A stretch of DNA of 63,192 nucleotides, counting the filler, from Stramenopiles sp. TOSAG23-2 (taxonomy: Eukaryota): NCBI GenBank assembly GCA_900128395.1. It is 7 parts of 7 records of this genome, joined end to end, with 100 filler letters (N's around TTAATTAATTAA, not from the genome) between each part and the next. Parts side by side here need not be neighbours in the genome. Positions count along the whole stretch, not along the records: positions 24,073 to 35,996 come from LT649890.1; positions 36,097 to 48,007 come from LT649891.1; 5 more parts are not named here. One strand, written 5' to 3'. Under the pieces are notes generated by a model. That model ran no database searches, was not told the origin of the DNA, and saw nothing but the letters and a program-made list of their open reading frames with translations. Both the position numbers and the translations under genes were made by a program. Within the stretch, counting starts at the first letter, position 1; each line of letters opens with the position of its first letter. Positions 35,269 to 46,660 of this stretch are shown here, piece by piece.

Positions 35269-35546
35269 ATTAACAATGGTGTCGCACAACCTAACTTTGT
35301 ATGAACGCTTCGTGTACATTTTTGATAAAAAAAAAAAGAACTTTGATTGACTTTGAATTTTAACTATATGTGTGTGCATGTATGTATTTTGCAATTTGAG
35401 ACTTTGGTAACAAAACACATTTAATTCTCTCTTTTATATATTTTAAAATACGAAGATATTCATATGTTATGCCTGATATGCATAGGATATCATATCATAT
35501 CATATCATACGCCTCGTACACACATCTCTTTATCAATATTTACACA

Positions 35547-35996
35547 CTATTTTTCCTGGAATCGAATAATTTCATCCACTTCAATATCACTGACTTGTTC
35601 CCCATCATCAAATGTAACTTCAAATTTACCATCACTTCGTATTGAATCAACAATTCCTTGATATGCAACATTTTCTTCCCAACCGTCTCTTTCAGGGTTC
35701 ATAGTCCATACTCGATACCTTTCTTTTATGATGGCATCTTTTGCTAATACCATTTCATCCTCGACCATGTCTTCTATCTCTTCGTCATATTCATCATGAA
35801 GTGTTACATTCATATACCCATTTTTCTTTTTAGAATTAAATGTACATTTAAATACTTGGTTTTTTTCATATCCATCCTCTGCGTCCCACCTCCCGTAAAC
35901 ATCTTTTAACCATACTGTAGCTCCTGGGTTTAATTGTTTAGCCTTTTCTTCTTCTTCCGCTTTTTTTTTCGCAGCTGCCTCTTCTTCCTCCTCTTT
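35547..35996 (-). CDS. C-terminal fragment with Tudor/SH3-like barrels
   Basis: Frame is open from the scaffold end (KEEEEEAAAKKKA...) to stop 35547; YQGIVDSIRSDGKFEVTFDDGEQVSDI is Tudor-like. Confidence 0.65.
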   Translation of the reverse strand, partial: KEEEEEAAAKKKAEEEEKAKQLNPGATVWLKDVYGRWDAEDGYEKNQVFKCTFNSKKKNGYMNVTLHDEYDEEIEDMVEDEMVLAKDAIIKERYRVWTMNPERDGWEENVAYQGIVDSIRSDGKFEVTFDDGEQVSDIEVDEIIRFQEK

Positions 35997-36096
35997 NNNN
36001 NNNNNNNNNNNNNNNNNNNNNNNNNNNNNNNNNNNNNNNNTTAATTAATTAANNNNNNNNNNNNNNNNNNNNNNNNNNNNNNNNNNNNNNNNNNNN
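35997..36096. other. Artificial scaffold linker
   Basis: 44N-TTAATTAATTAA-44N. Confidence 0.97.
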
Positions 36097-36604
36097 TGCG
36101 TCCCATTGTAATCTAACAAGTACATCTTAACTATCAAAAACGTCCCAAAATTATCGGGTTAGATGTAGGGTTATGATATATTTTAGTACTTGATAGACTA
36201 TAAAATTCAGATAGCAACCAAACCTACACCGAGATTTTTGGTTTCACTTTTCAGTGTTTTTAATTTTCCTTTAACAATTTTAAATACATTCAATACTAGT
36301 CTAAGTATAATACTAATAGACTACGTAATATAATCTGCAAACCAGCAAACGACTTTTAGAACATGCTCTTTTTTTTTATTATTATTATTAATATTAGCAC
36401 ATTACCAGGTACTGTATTATTATTATTAGAGCTAGACTATTACTATTATTAATAGAATTAAAAATAACAACTCTAACTAATCGTCTAGAGTTATAATAAA
36501 AGTAAAAGTTAAAATATTACAAATCTACATTAACCATTTGTAAGACTTTTCTTGTTATTTCATTTACTCATATTTACGTTGTATTTTCGTTTGTTTAATA
36601 CATC

Positions 36605-38431
36605 ATGTTTTCTACTTTCAATCAACAAAGGTTGATGCGAAGCAATAATGGACGTATCAAACAAAAATCTTTGATACTTTTCAACGCAGTTTACATTGTA
36701 TTTATTTTATGCGTTATTAACTTAAAACAACATTCTTTTTTATTAGTTACTGGTTATACGGTTGATCGAGAACCAAATATAATTGAGTCCTATAAAAGTA
36801 AAATATATTTTGCAGCGGAAACGCCAGTAACTGGTACTGAACTATTTGTGTCTGATGGAACATACTCGGGTACATCGATTTTTGCAGATATTTCTAATGG
36901 AACGATAAGTAGCTTTCCAAAATATCTAGTTGTATATGATAATATACTTTATTTTTCGGCTGATAATGGAGCTGTTGGTAGAGAACTATGGCGTACTGAC
37001 GGTACAAATGGGGGAACATTCATGGTGAAGGATATATGCACCGGTCCGGGTAGTAGTGATCCAAGTAATTTTACCATTTTTAAAGATAGGTTATATTTCG
37101 CCGCTGATGATTGCGAACATGGTCGAGAATTATGGCATTTGTACCAAAATGGCACAAAATTAGAAGTAAAAATGTATAAAGATGTACAGCCTGGACTGGC
37201 AAGTTCTAACCCCCATAATTTTGGTGTGCTGGTTAAAGAAGGGGACGGTACAACAACAAATCCTAGGATTGAATTTAAAATGTACTTTGCAGCAAATACA
37301 ACGCTACATATTTATCCCAATAAAACATGGACTAGTACAACCAGTGCTCCTTCCGGAGATGGAGATGGAACAGGAAGAAGAAGACTAGAAGAAAGTGACA
37401 ATGCAACGACAACAACAACAACAAATTCGGCGACTACAACTAATGCACCAAATAATACTTATGTATCCACAACAAGTGACGCCTCCAATAGCAATTTAAC
37501 AACGACAACGCCACCAGAAGATATTCCTGATGAGGTGAGCAATTTAACAACGACATCACCACCAGAAAATATTCCTGGTGAGGTGCCTATGCCACCAGAC
37601 AATTCGATCATGGAATTTGAGGATAGTGATTCGCTGGAGTATAACATAAGTCATTTAGGTGTTGAATTATGGGAAACCACTGGGGAAGATGGTGTTGAAA
37701 GTGCGACTTCACTTGCTTTAGACATAAATGAAGGTTCTGAAGGTAGTGAGCCGTCTGAAATGGTATGGTATTATGATAAATTGTATTTTGCTGCGTATAG
37801 AAATGGTGCAGGAAGCCAATTATGGAGGGTGCATATGCATCGTGATCATATATTTCTTGCTACTCAAAACACACCTTGCTGTCATAAAATTGAAACTGTA
37901 GTAGCTGGAGTGTCTCGCGCATGTCCAGGGCCACCATTTGTTGAATACGACGAGTTAACTGGCTATCCTTCTGGATCTTGTGCGTATCTTGAAGAGCTCA
38001 TCGATTCAGGTACAAAATCTTACTCTTCAACATCTGACGATTTTATAATTGAAATGGTGACTAGAATTGGACCTCCCCCAGAAGGTGCAAATGCATTTAT
38101 GCTTACAATTTTGGAAGATGTACTTTATTTTGGTACCCAATATGAAGACGATACAAAGTTATATGAAGTACAAAGGAAAGTCGCCCCATTTGAAGCAGCC
38201 TCAGGGGTTATGACAGCTGATGATGTTGTTGCAAGAGTTATAGAATCAGAAGATGAATTTGGCTTTGAAATTGTTGATGCTATCTTAGGAGGTGTTTATA
38301 ATAGATATCAAGGCCATAGAAATACAGAAAATAAACCAATTATTAAGTGGCACGGTTATTCGTCGTATCCAATAAACTATCAAAAAGTTTGGTTAAATAA
38401 ACTTGCAATGGGTGAACAATTGGATCCCTGA
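36605..38431 (+). CDS. Secreted ELWxxDGT-repeat protein with Thr/Pro-rich linker
   Basis: N-terminal hydrophobic segment; repeats GTELFVSDGT, GRELWRTDGT, GRELWHL, GVELWETTG with LYFAA cores; RRRLE motif; Thr-rich stalk. Confidence 0.88.
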   Translation: MFSTFNQQRLMRSNNGRIKQKSLILFNAVYIVFILCVINLKQHSFLLVTGYTVDREPNIIESYKSKIYFAAETPVTGTELFVSDGTYSGTSIFADISNGTISSFPKYLVVYDNILYFSADNGAVGRELWRTDGTNGGTFMVKDICTGPGSSDPSNFTIFKDRLYFAADDCEHGRELWHLYQNGTKLEVKMYKDVQPGLASSNPHNFGVLVKEGDGTTTNPRIEFKMYFAANTTLHIYPNKTWTSTTSAPSGDGDGTGRRRLEESDNATTTTTTNSATTTNAPNNTYVSTTSDASNSNLTTTTPPEDIPDEVSNLTTTSPPENIPGEVPMPPDNSIMEFEDSDSLEYNISHLGVELWETTGEDGVESATSLALDINEGSEGSEPSEMVWYYDKLYFAAYRNGAGSQLWRVHMHRDHIFLATQNTPCCHKIETVVAGVSRACPGPPFVEYDELTGYPSGSCAYLEELIDSGTKSYSSTSDDFIIEMVTRIGPPPEGANAFMLTILEDVLYFGTQYEDDTKLYEVQRKVAPFEAASGVMTADDVVARVIESEDEFGFEIVDAILGGVYNRYQGHRNTENKPIIKWHGYSSYPINYQKVWLNKLAMGEQLDP

Positions 38432-38722
38432 AATACACATATGTGTGTGCATATTTTTTATTAAAAAAAATTTTTAAATTATGATAGAATTCGATTTCGT
38501 TTAATACAGTGTGTATTTAAGTGCTCATCATATTGAATCTTAATATTATAAAAAATATATTTGATATATCAACACACTAGTGTGAGATATAGATTATTTC
38601 AGTTATTGTACGAAGTATTCTTCTTTTTAAGAGTAGGAATTATCATGAGAATAGATATAGGATATTTATATGATATTTTAAGTATAGAAATAGTATACTA
38701 AATCATATTTTATATGTTTATT

Positions 38723-41700
38723 TCAATCTGTTTTAGACGCATCTCTTCTATTTGTTTCATCTGCTGTATCCTTTTTTGCTTTAATAGCTGTCTCGTTGTT
38801 TTCTTCCTTTTCTACTTTCAATTTGTCAGTATTTTCAGTGTCGCTTCTCTTGACTTTGTTGTTTTCTGTATCAGGTAATGTAGAGCTAGGATCATTTAGT
38901 ACTTTCACTTCTTTTAATGGTACAACTTTATTTAATATCATCCTCTTCATTTTTCGTTTATGTATGAATATTACTATAACCCAAACAAGCAACCAACCGA
39001 TTATTAATGTCGTCCAGGTTAATAAACTATTATTGCTGGTCAAGTTATACATTATTGCACATGCACAAGCATGTGTTGCGCATACGTATACAGCAGTTCT
39101 AAAGATGTTTAAGCGCTTGATCATGCACGGTTGTATATATTGATTGGAGACGGAAAGGGTCAAACAAATTAAAAATTGTGGAACTAATACTTTTTCCCAA
39201 TCTTCCTGATAAAAAATAGAAAATCCAGCCATTAACAATTCTGCTTGATGTTCCATAATTAAAAAACTTTGATCGTATTTAATGTCTAAAGCTTTGTTAT
39301 TAAATTGAAAATTGGGGGCAAGCAAAGTTGCAAGTGGGTAGAAACCTAATAATCCTAAAGCAGCAACAAACATATAGATAATTTGAAGTGGTTCCGAAAA
39401 TGTAAAACATTTCATTTGATCATCAGCCATCAATACAAATTCTTTACTACCCTTATCATATGTACAAGCATATGTTGATATTAAAGTAAACATCATGCCA
39501 AAGTATAGATAATCATTTACAGCATTGAGACCAAAATTATACATCCCGTCTTTTGTGCAGCACTTTGTGATTGGTCTACCATTTTTGTCCAGTCCGAGGC
39601 GTCCTTTTTGCAATGCTTTTAATCCTTTTATGGAGTAAAACGGGAAAGCAATTGCTATGACAATGGAAAACCAAAAAAAGTAGTGAAACGAGTTGCCAAA
39701 CTCCTCCGGTAATTTAAATTGAGGAATGTAAATGAGTAAATCAACAAGCCTCATTAACCAAGGAGTTTCCTGCAGCTGTTGCTTTAGTTGTTCTCTAGAT
39801 GATTCCTCAACTAATTCTGTCGTGTTTGATATTTTTTCCGATGTCTCTGCAAGTGGGCCGTTAGTTAAAGCAACACTAATGTATTGATATGCTGTAACCA
39901 TCATTCCTACATAAAATGTCAAAATATTATCCCACATGTTCCAGTTAACTACTTGCTCCGATTCATCAAGTTTTTTTAATTTTTTTATTTCTACTGAAAT
40001 TTCTTTTTCTAGCACTGGGTAAATTTTATCTACTACTGTCGGCCATTCTACTCTACACATATTTATTTCCTTAATTAATAAAGAACATTTCTCTTCTTCG
40101 CTCACTTCTTTTGTTACTTTCATACCTTTACCACTCTTATTTATGGCATTATTATCGCCGTTTGTATCTTTTTCTCCCACTCCTTCGAGTTTCTTTTCCT
40201 TACTCTTTCCTTCCATATGTTTTTCATCTTCATCACTGTCTTGTATATTGGCATCAATCGGAACAAGCAAATGTTTAATACACGAGAATGCATTTGGAAT
40301 ATGAACTTGCTTATCCCCGTTGCTTTTCTCTTCCTCCTTGTTGTCTTCATCATCGCTGTCATCGTCTGCCTTTGCATTCATTAGCTCCATCAACTGTTTA
40401 TTCAATTGTTTTTCCGGGTATTGTTCTCGTAAAAACTGACGATGCCGATACCATCTTTGTAATATTTTCACAGCGCGTATTCTTCGTTGGCGCCTACGCC
40501 ACCACCGTTGGATAAAACTGGCAGCCCATGTTGACATATGTGATTTGTGCGCTACATGGCGGGGATCTTCAATTTTAAAAGAACTTTTAGATTGGATTCG
40601 CAGTCCATGAATTTTTCGCCAACGTGTATACATGGGAAGGCACGTATGTAAATTTTCGTCAATTAGTAGCTGCAACGCATCGTGCAAGGGCATGGAGGAG
40701 TTTATGCGTTTAGCAATTACGCTTATTATTTCGCAGAATTGCTCGTAGTTAATATAATTGTTTAAGATGCGTTTCTTTCCACCCTGATGGTGTTCTTTTG
40801 CAAATTGCTTTGCTTTCTCGGTAAATAATTTTGCTGGGAAATATTCTCTGGTCATAGAATCAGCAACAAATTTATCAAATTGTTTTTGTGACATTTTTCC
40901 ATTATCAATGACAGTTGTAGATTTCTTCACGACTATATCGTCAGAATTTTCTTCTTTCTTTTGTAATCCACGTATCCATTCATGTTTCGCAGATTTTGCA
41001 TTTTGGTCTACTTGCATTTGTAGCTGCTTCATTTGAGATTGAAAGCTTAATTGGTGGATTACAACTTTCGATACTCGCCGCTTTTTGCTATATACTTCTA
41101 TTTTTAGCGTGGAATAATGTGTAAATATTTCTTTCAAAACTCGCAAGCGAATTGTTTTCGGGGGCAATGAATGTTTTTTCCAACGTACAAAATGTACTTT
41201 AAGAAAATCTGCATTATATTGGGAATGTAAAATATGGACAGCTTTTTGTTTCTCTATCAATTTACATGCTAATCCAACTTCAAAACGCTGTGAATCAGAC
41301 AATACCATAGGCACATGAACATATTCATTCCCTCTTGAAAACCGACCAAGCTTGTGACCTTCAACATAATTTGAAGCTAAGATGCAAGATTTGCCATTTT
41401 TTGTGCCCATCACATTGATTATTAATTTACTCTGTTTACATGCCCACCAACGAAGAAACAGAAATTCATTTACCCAGCATAAATTGTTTAGATCAGAAAC
41501 CTTTCTGGTTTGCTTTCCAAATCTTTTCCGTACCTTTTTCTTATCCATGGAATATTTTGAACCAATCATCGGGCTAAGATAAATGTGGCAGCTGAGGGGT
41601 GTTAAGTGATTTAAATCTGTAAACCCAGCATCATCTAATCCTTTTATATCTACTACTTGCACCCGAAATACACATCCGTTGTATAACTGTTCCTTTTTAC

Positions 41701-44700
41701 TTTCAACACCATTATTGATTGTGCGACTATTATTAACAATTTTCTTCATCAGAGCCCCTGTCATTAGTAAATCAGATGTTTTTTTCATGCTTTCTTTCCT
41801 TACAACATCGTCTATGGCACTATTTGCACGATCGAATAAATGCCTTATGGATCTTAAACCTTCTAAAATATAATTGAAAAATCCTGCTTCCGATGTATGA
41901 ACATCTAAGCTATTCATAGCGACTTTTAGACCTTGTGCCATAGCCTTATTTTTTGGAAAATAAGATATTCCTTTCTTATATGTCTCTACTGTTTCTTTCC
42001 ATCTTTTCAAGCCTGCAAGACATGTGGCTTTTGCTAAATATGCTTCTGCCAATTTTGGGTTTAAACTTACAGATTCCGTTGCATCTAGCAATGATTCTTT
42101 CATCCTATAAAGCTGAAGTAATACCATTGAACGTCGGCAATAATAATCGGCGTTAGATTCATCTTCTTTAATTAAAGCAGTTAATCCTTCATACGCTTCA
42201 TCATAACTTTTCCTTGATATTTGCTCTAAGCATTTCCTGTATTTTAATTTCCGCTGCTGTCTTAAATGTCTCTCTTTTTCTAAACGATCTAATTCAAACT
42301 TTCTATTCATTTTTTGCAGTGCGTCATTTTGCGCTTTTCTTTGTGCAATTTCTTTTTTTTGCAAAAGCAATTGTGCTAGCAAACATGCTTTGCATAGCTT
42401 CTTCCTTCGTTGAATATGGACCTTCCAACCTTTTTTATCGCAATTTGGGCATAACTTATATAATCTGTTAGCAAGTTCTTCCTTCAGCGTTATTGCATCA
42501 ATTAAATGAAGTTCTTTTTTTCGTTGCAATCGTTGAAGGAATCTTTCTGATTTAATATCTTGTTCAAATTTTTCCCACTCATGCTTTCTCTCAAATGCTT
42601 CGTCATATAAAGCGCGTGCAACATCTGTATTCATGCAATAGTTATGCTTTGTTGCAACAGCAACTAGTTTTAAAGTTGCAGCTTTTGCTTTTCTTTCTTT
42701 TTGTATTGTATTAAACGTACTATTAACACCTATAGTAAAACTTGAAACATCAAGCAAGCAAATGAGAGCTAAAAGACTTACAGTAAACAGTAGTAGTGTA
42801 GCGTATGTTTCGTTCGATTTCCAATTTGTTGAAAGTATACTAGGCAATACAACACCAAAAGGTACAAATACTCCAATACAACAAAATGCAGATAAAACAG
42901 ACATTGTGCTTTGCGAATCCGGGTGCAAATGGATACACATACTGATTAAGCGTAATAATATATATATACCAAACATTCCTGGTATAATTATGGTCAACGT
43001 AAGTCCAATACTAGATAAGCTGTTTGTTTCAGAAACATGTCCAATTGCGAATATAATAGCCCCTGTGATAGCAATCATAGAGATACAAATTTTCAACGGC
43101 AGAGAATGTTTCTCCATTACTTTTACAGTATCGCCACGATTATTAAGTATATATATAATTGGCGCGATGCAGAAAATTATATAAATTGCATACGAGCTAT
43201 CTTCATTTGATATATATTTTTCAGTAATCAGAAGAAATATTAAAGAACATAACATTAATATATGTGATATCCAGTTAGCAATGTTCGACATGTTATTATT
43301 TTGCTTGTCATTTCTTGAATTCATCTCAGAGATTGCTTTTTTCGCTATCCGCTTGACACGTGTATAAAGCTCATGATAATGCGTATATACAGTAATTAAT
43401 GTCGAAAAAAGAGGCAATGTAATCAATAGTAAGATGCACGCGATATTCAGCATTGGTGCATTGTTATTTTCGCGAAATCCCAAGTATATTGGTAAGATTG
43501 CTCCAAATGGTAAAAAGCATCCTGATATTGCTAAATTGACTAACGTTGGCAATTGAAATACGGAAATAGCTGACAATTTTGGAACTAATGTCAATATAAT
43601 TGATGATGCTGGTATAGCTACTGCAAGAAAAATGTATAGTCTGGAGTCGATATTATTTAAATTATTTTCTTGGTCAAAGACAATTATCAAAGGTATTACG
43701 ACACCAAAAACGCACGAAAAAACAAACTTATCGACAAAACGCACTTTCCATAATTGGAAATAAAAGGTAGAAAGCAAAATGGTTGGAATCAATACTAGTA
43801 TGATGCATTCTAATGTATATTCTTTGCCTTCCTCGTATTTCGTTTGAAGAGCAAACATGACCGTCAGCATCACGCAAGCATTCGATGCTACTAGGAATAA
43901 ACATTTATACGGTTCCTTGTAATGTATAAGATTCAAAAAATATAGTTTACTAAACAATATCCAACAAGCACCAAGAAGCATGCAAAACGGTAAAAATATC
44001 AATCCAGATAAATTTGATGTCACTGAATCTTCATAACCAACTAATAAAAGACTCAAAGGTAAAGCGCATAGACCATGGTATATAAAACATAGCAATATCC
44101 GGAATTCCATTGATGTTTTCCATTTCTTCAATACATAATTCAAATCATAATGCTCCCAGCAAAGTGCTTGAATTCCAAACAATACAAATAAAATTATAAA
44201 TCTTAAATTTGATGGATAAATTGGATACATTGACAGTGGGATAACAAAAAACATTAAATAGATTGAAAGTGGTATTACATGTCTCCCACAAATTGATTTG
44301 ATTTTCGGTCTTGATACTGTTGATAATAAATACATCAAAACCATAGTTCCAACAACTAAAAGAGAAACCATTTCATTTTCTTCATTCCCACTTGGCTTCG
44401 GAATGATCAATAAACAATAGATTAGCACTGATGCTGGTATTGCCATGAAAATTGTATAAATAACGGCAAACGTAATTCCCAACGTAACACGATCCTTTGG
44501 CCAATATATACTCATTAGTACTAGAATTAATACCAAGTGAAAAGCTGTTATACTTGTACATAACAGATATAAAATTGAAACTGTATCTTGACTATATGAA
44601 TACATTAATGAAATGGGAATGCTACCAGGTATTGCAAGTATGATAATAATTATTTTTTGGAGTTCTGCTGCTTGCTGGAACATAAATTTGCTATACGATA

Positions 44701-46660
44701 AACGTATAGTGCACAACCACAATATGCCAAGCACAAGAGTTACATGGAAATATGTTAGCACTGCCTCAGGAATTACTATTTTTTTCGTATCATTGTATCG
44801 AATCCAATATAATGAAATAAAAGGGGTTGGTATAACGACTGTTAAGATATATAATCCAGTAATGCCTAATCGCTCTTTTGGACTAAATTTCCATGTGTTT
44901 ATTTTTTCATGAAATAAAGCTGACCATGTAAAATATAACGTACCAAGAATTGTAAATACAATTGCGATATTTGTGTGCATATTATTATCGTTATTGTTCA
45001 AAATGCCTATAGATGCAGCAGGCAAAACAAAACAAATATGGTAGATGATAAAATCGGACAATTTATTCCATTTTGATTGTTTTGCCCATGCAATATTGCT
45101 CAAAAATATCAAATGGAATAATAAATGACCAATTCCAATTATTAATAAAAACAATAGGAAATATATTGTTTCAACACTTTGCTTGACATCGTCTCCTAAT
45201 AAAAGTGTTCGGAAACTTTTTGAAAGATTCAAAGTTATTAGTAATGGAACTGTATAACTAATGAACACTGTATACGTAATTGTAGGAATCATCCATATCT
45301 TTTTGAAATATTTTCTATCTTCCGGTTCTATATTGTACAAAGTTGTTTTTCGCCTAATTGGTTGATCTACAGGAGATTTATTATCGGTATTCCTGTTTCG
45401 TTGTTGTGACTTTTTTTGCTTGTTCCTTATTTTTGTTAAATGTTGTTTATGAAAATTCAGTTTAACTACTACAATAGATAACCAAATGCAAAACATTAAG
45501 CCAAATATAAACATGCTGAAAAAAATACCAAAAAAGCGATTGTCCTGTAATGTACTTAATATTGGAAGTGGCAGTAAAAAGGGTAATGGGATTACAATGC
45601 AACATATATAGAATAGGAAAAGAATCCAACGATTTTTCCAAATAAAATATTTCTTTACCTCCTTTCTTTGAATCGTATAAAGCCCCAGTAATACTACAAT
45701 GCCGAGAACTATAAAAATGATTAAAATTTGTATTGTAATGTCATTACTACTATTATTATTATTACCATCCTTTTGGTCAAACAGTATCAAACCACCGATA
45801 TGACTTACAGGGTAGATAATTGTAGCACAGATTATTATAGAACTTGTGATCATTAAAAGTAACTTTCTCTTTTTATGAAGTGAATCTTTACTATTCAGAA
45901 GCTTGCTATTACGATATGTATGTATATCCGAGTATATTCGACATAATGACAATGAACTTGTAAAAAAAATCGTAAATATAAATGTGAATAAATTTTCGAT
46001 TGCATCTTTCATATTCGAAATCATCAAAGATATGAACAATAACGCAAACGGAACGGCAACAAATATGGCAATAAAACACCATGAGACCATTTTTATTCTT
46101 TTATACGTATTCATCTTGACATCTTTAAAAATTGAATTACTTTGAGCAGTCCAAGCTGACATGATAGTACCGACTAAACATGATGATAACAATCCACCTA
46201 TACTGACATTGTTGTATCCACCATTACTTGCGTAGATTGGGAAAATAGCACCAAACTGGGAGAAAAAACAAGTGTAAAATAAAATCAAAATTATTTTCGA
46301 TTCATATAAATTATTTGTATTGAGCGTATATCTAATAAATGTCAACAAAAGAGCGCTGGGCACCGTAAATGCCATTCCTGTAATTGGTATAATTATCGGA
46401 ATTGCTGATGCGTCATTGTCGTCAACGCTATGATGAATTAGCAAAAGAAAAATTCCGAACGTAATAATAAATAAAAAGCTAATTGCAATAAATATCAAAT
46501 GTATAGTTGATATAAGTCTTAAATAGACTGCATTCTTCTCTTTATTATTTCTTTGACTTTCCGTATATGCTAATATGTGCTCCTCGACATAGTTATCTTC
46601 TGAGGATATCGAAGATGTATCTGCAGACGAGTTTTCATCTTCCTCTTGAATTATCTTCAT
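38723..46660 (-). CDS. 2645-aa polytopic membrane protein (TM array, CxxC pair, TPR, C2-like, IQ, C-terminal ~7TM)
   Basis: Single uninterrupted ORF. Many hydrophobic segments in the first ~1300 aa; TPRs (ADYYCRRSMVLLQL, AEAYLAKATCL); IQ-like AASFIQRWWRRR and AVKILQRWYRHR. Confidence 0.85.
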   Translation of the reverse strand: MKIIQEEDENSSADTSSISSEDNYVEEHILAYTESQRNNKEKNAVYLRLISTIHLIFIAISFLFIITFGIFLLLIHHSVDDNDASAIPIIIPITGMAFTVPSALLLTFIRYTLNTNNLYESKIILILFYTCFFSQFGAIFPIYASNGGYNNVSIGGLLSSCLVGTIMSAWTAQSNSIFKDVKMNTYKRIKMVSWCFIAIFVAVPFALLFISLMISNMKDAIENLFTFIFTIFFTSSLSLCRIYSDIHTYRNSKLLNSKDSLHKKRKLLLMITSSIIICATIIYPVSHIGGLILFDQKDGNNNNSSNDITIQILIIFIVLGIVVLLGLYTIQRKEVKKYFIWKNRWILFLFYICCIVIPLPFLLPLPILSTLQDNRFFGIFFSMFIFGLMFCIWLSIVVVKLNFHKQHLTKIRNKQKKSQQRNRNTDNKSPVDQPIRRKTTLYNIEPEDRKYFKKIWMIPTITYTVFISYTVPLLITLNLSKSFRTLLLGDDVKQSVETIYFLLFLLIIGIGHLLFHLIFLSNIAWAKQSKWNKLSDFIIYHICFVLPAASIGILNNNDNNMHTNIAIVFTILGTLYFTWSALFHEKINTWKFSPKERLGITGLYILTVVIPTPFISLYWIRYNDTKKIVIPEAVLTYFHVTLVLGILWLCTIRLSYSKFMFQQAAELQKIIIIILAIPGSIPISLMYSYSQDTVSILYLLCTSITAFHLVLILVLMSIYWPKDRVTLGITFAVIYTIFMAIPASVLIYCLLIIPKPSGNEENEMVSLLVVGTMVLMYLLSTVSRPKIKSICGRHVIPLSIYLMFFVIPLSMYPIYPSNLRFIILFVLFGIQALCWEHYDLNYVLKKWKTSMEFRILLCFIYHGLCALPLSLLLVGYEDSVTSNLSGLIFLPFCMLLGACWILFSKLYFLNLIHYKEPYKCLFLVASNACVMLTVMFALQTKYEEGKEYTLECIILVLIPTILLSTFYFQLWKVRFVDKFVFSCVFGVVIPLIIVFDQENNLNNIDSRLYIFLAVAIPASSIILTLVPKLSAISVFQLPTLVNLAISGCFLPFGAILPIYLGFRENNNAPMLNIACILLLITLPLFSTLITVYTHYHELYTRVKRIAKKAISEMNSRNDKQNNNMSNIANWISHILMLCSLIFLLITEKYISNEDSSYAIYIIFCIAPIIYILNNRGDTVKVMEKHSLPLKICISMIAITGAIIFAIGHVSETNSLSSIGLTLTIIIPGMFGIYILLRLISMCIHLHPDSQSTMSVLSAFCCIGVFVPFGVVLPSILSTNWKSNETYATLLLFTVSLLALICLLDVSSFTIGVNSTFNTIQKERKAKAATLKLVAVATKHNYCMNTDVARALYDEAFERKHEWEKFEQDIKSERFLQRLQRKKELHLIDAITLKEELANRLYKLCPNCDKKGWKVHIQRRKKLCKACLLAQLLLQKKEIAQRKAQNDALQKMNRKFELDRLEKERHLRQQRKLKYRKCLEQISRKSYDEAYEGLTALIKEDESNADYYCRRSMVLLQLYRMKESLLDATESVSLNPKLAEAYLAKATCLAGLKRWKETVETYKKGISYFPKNKAMAQGLKVAMNSLDVHTSEAGFFNYILEGLRSIRHLFDRANSAIDDVVRKESMKKTSDLLMTGALMKKIVNNSRTINNGVESKKEQLYNGCVFRVQVVDIKGLDDAGFTDLNHLTPLSCHIYLSPMIGSKYSMDKKKVRKRFGKQTRKVSDLNNLCWVNEFLFLRWWACKQSKLIINVMGTKNGKSCILASNYVEGHKLGRFSRGNEYVHVPMVLSDSQRFEVGLACKLIEKQKAVHILHSQYNADFLKVHFVRWKKHSLPPKTIRLRVLKEIFTHYSTLKIEVYSKKRRVSKVVIHQLSFQSQMKQLQMQVDQNAKSAKHEWIRGLQKKEENSDDIVVKKSTTVIDNGKMSQKQFDKFVADSMTREYFPAKLFTEKAKQFAKEHHQGGKKRILNNYINYEQFCEIISVIAKRINSSMPLHDALQLLIDENLHTCLPMYTRWRKIHGLRIQSKSSFKIEDPRHVAHKSHMSTWAASFIQRWWRRRQRRIRAVKILQRWYRHRQFLREQYPEKQLNKQLMELMNAKADDDSDDEDNKEEEKSNGDKQVHIPNAFSCIKHLLVPIDANIQDSDEDEKHMEGKSKEKKLEGVGEKDTNGDNNAINKSGKGMKVTKEVSEEEKCSLLIKEINMCRVEWPTVVDKIYPVLEKEISVEIKKLKKLDESEQVVNWNMWDNILTFYVGMMVTAYQYISVALTNGPLAETSEKISNTTELVEESSREQLKQQLQETPWLMRLVDLLIYIPQFKLPEEFGNSFHYFFWFSIVIAIAFPFYSIKGLKALQKGRLGLDKNGRPITKCCTKDGMYNFGLNAVNDYLYFGMMFTLISTYACTYDKGSKEFVLMADDQMKCFTFSEPLQIIYMFVAALGLLGFYPLATLLAPNFQFNNKALDIKYDQSFLIMEHQAELLMAGFSIFYQEDWEKVLVPQFLICLTLSVSNQYIQPCMIKRLNIFRTAVYVCATHACACAIMYNLTSNNSLLTWTTLIIGWLLVWVIVIFIHKRKMKRMILNKVVPLKEVKVLNDPSSTLPDTENNKVKRSDTENTDKLKVEKEENNETAIKAKKDTADETNRRDASKTD

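Noticed and set aside
38723-46660. Piezo channel assignment
   Set aside because: Only size and TM number are similar; there are no Piezo motifs and the TPR/C2/IQ core is foreign to Piezo.
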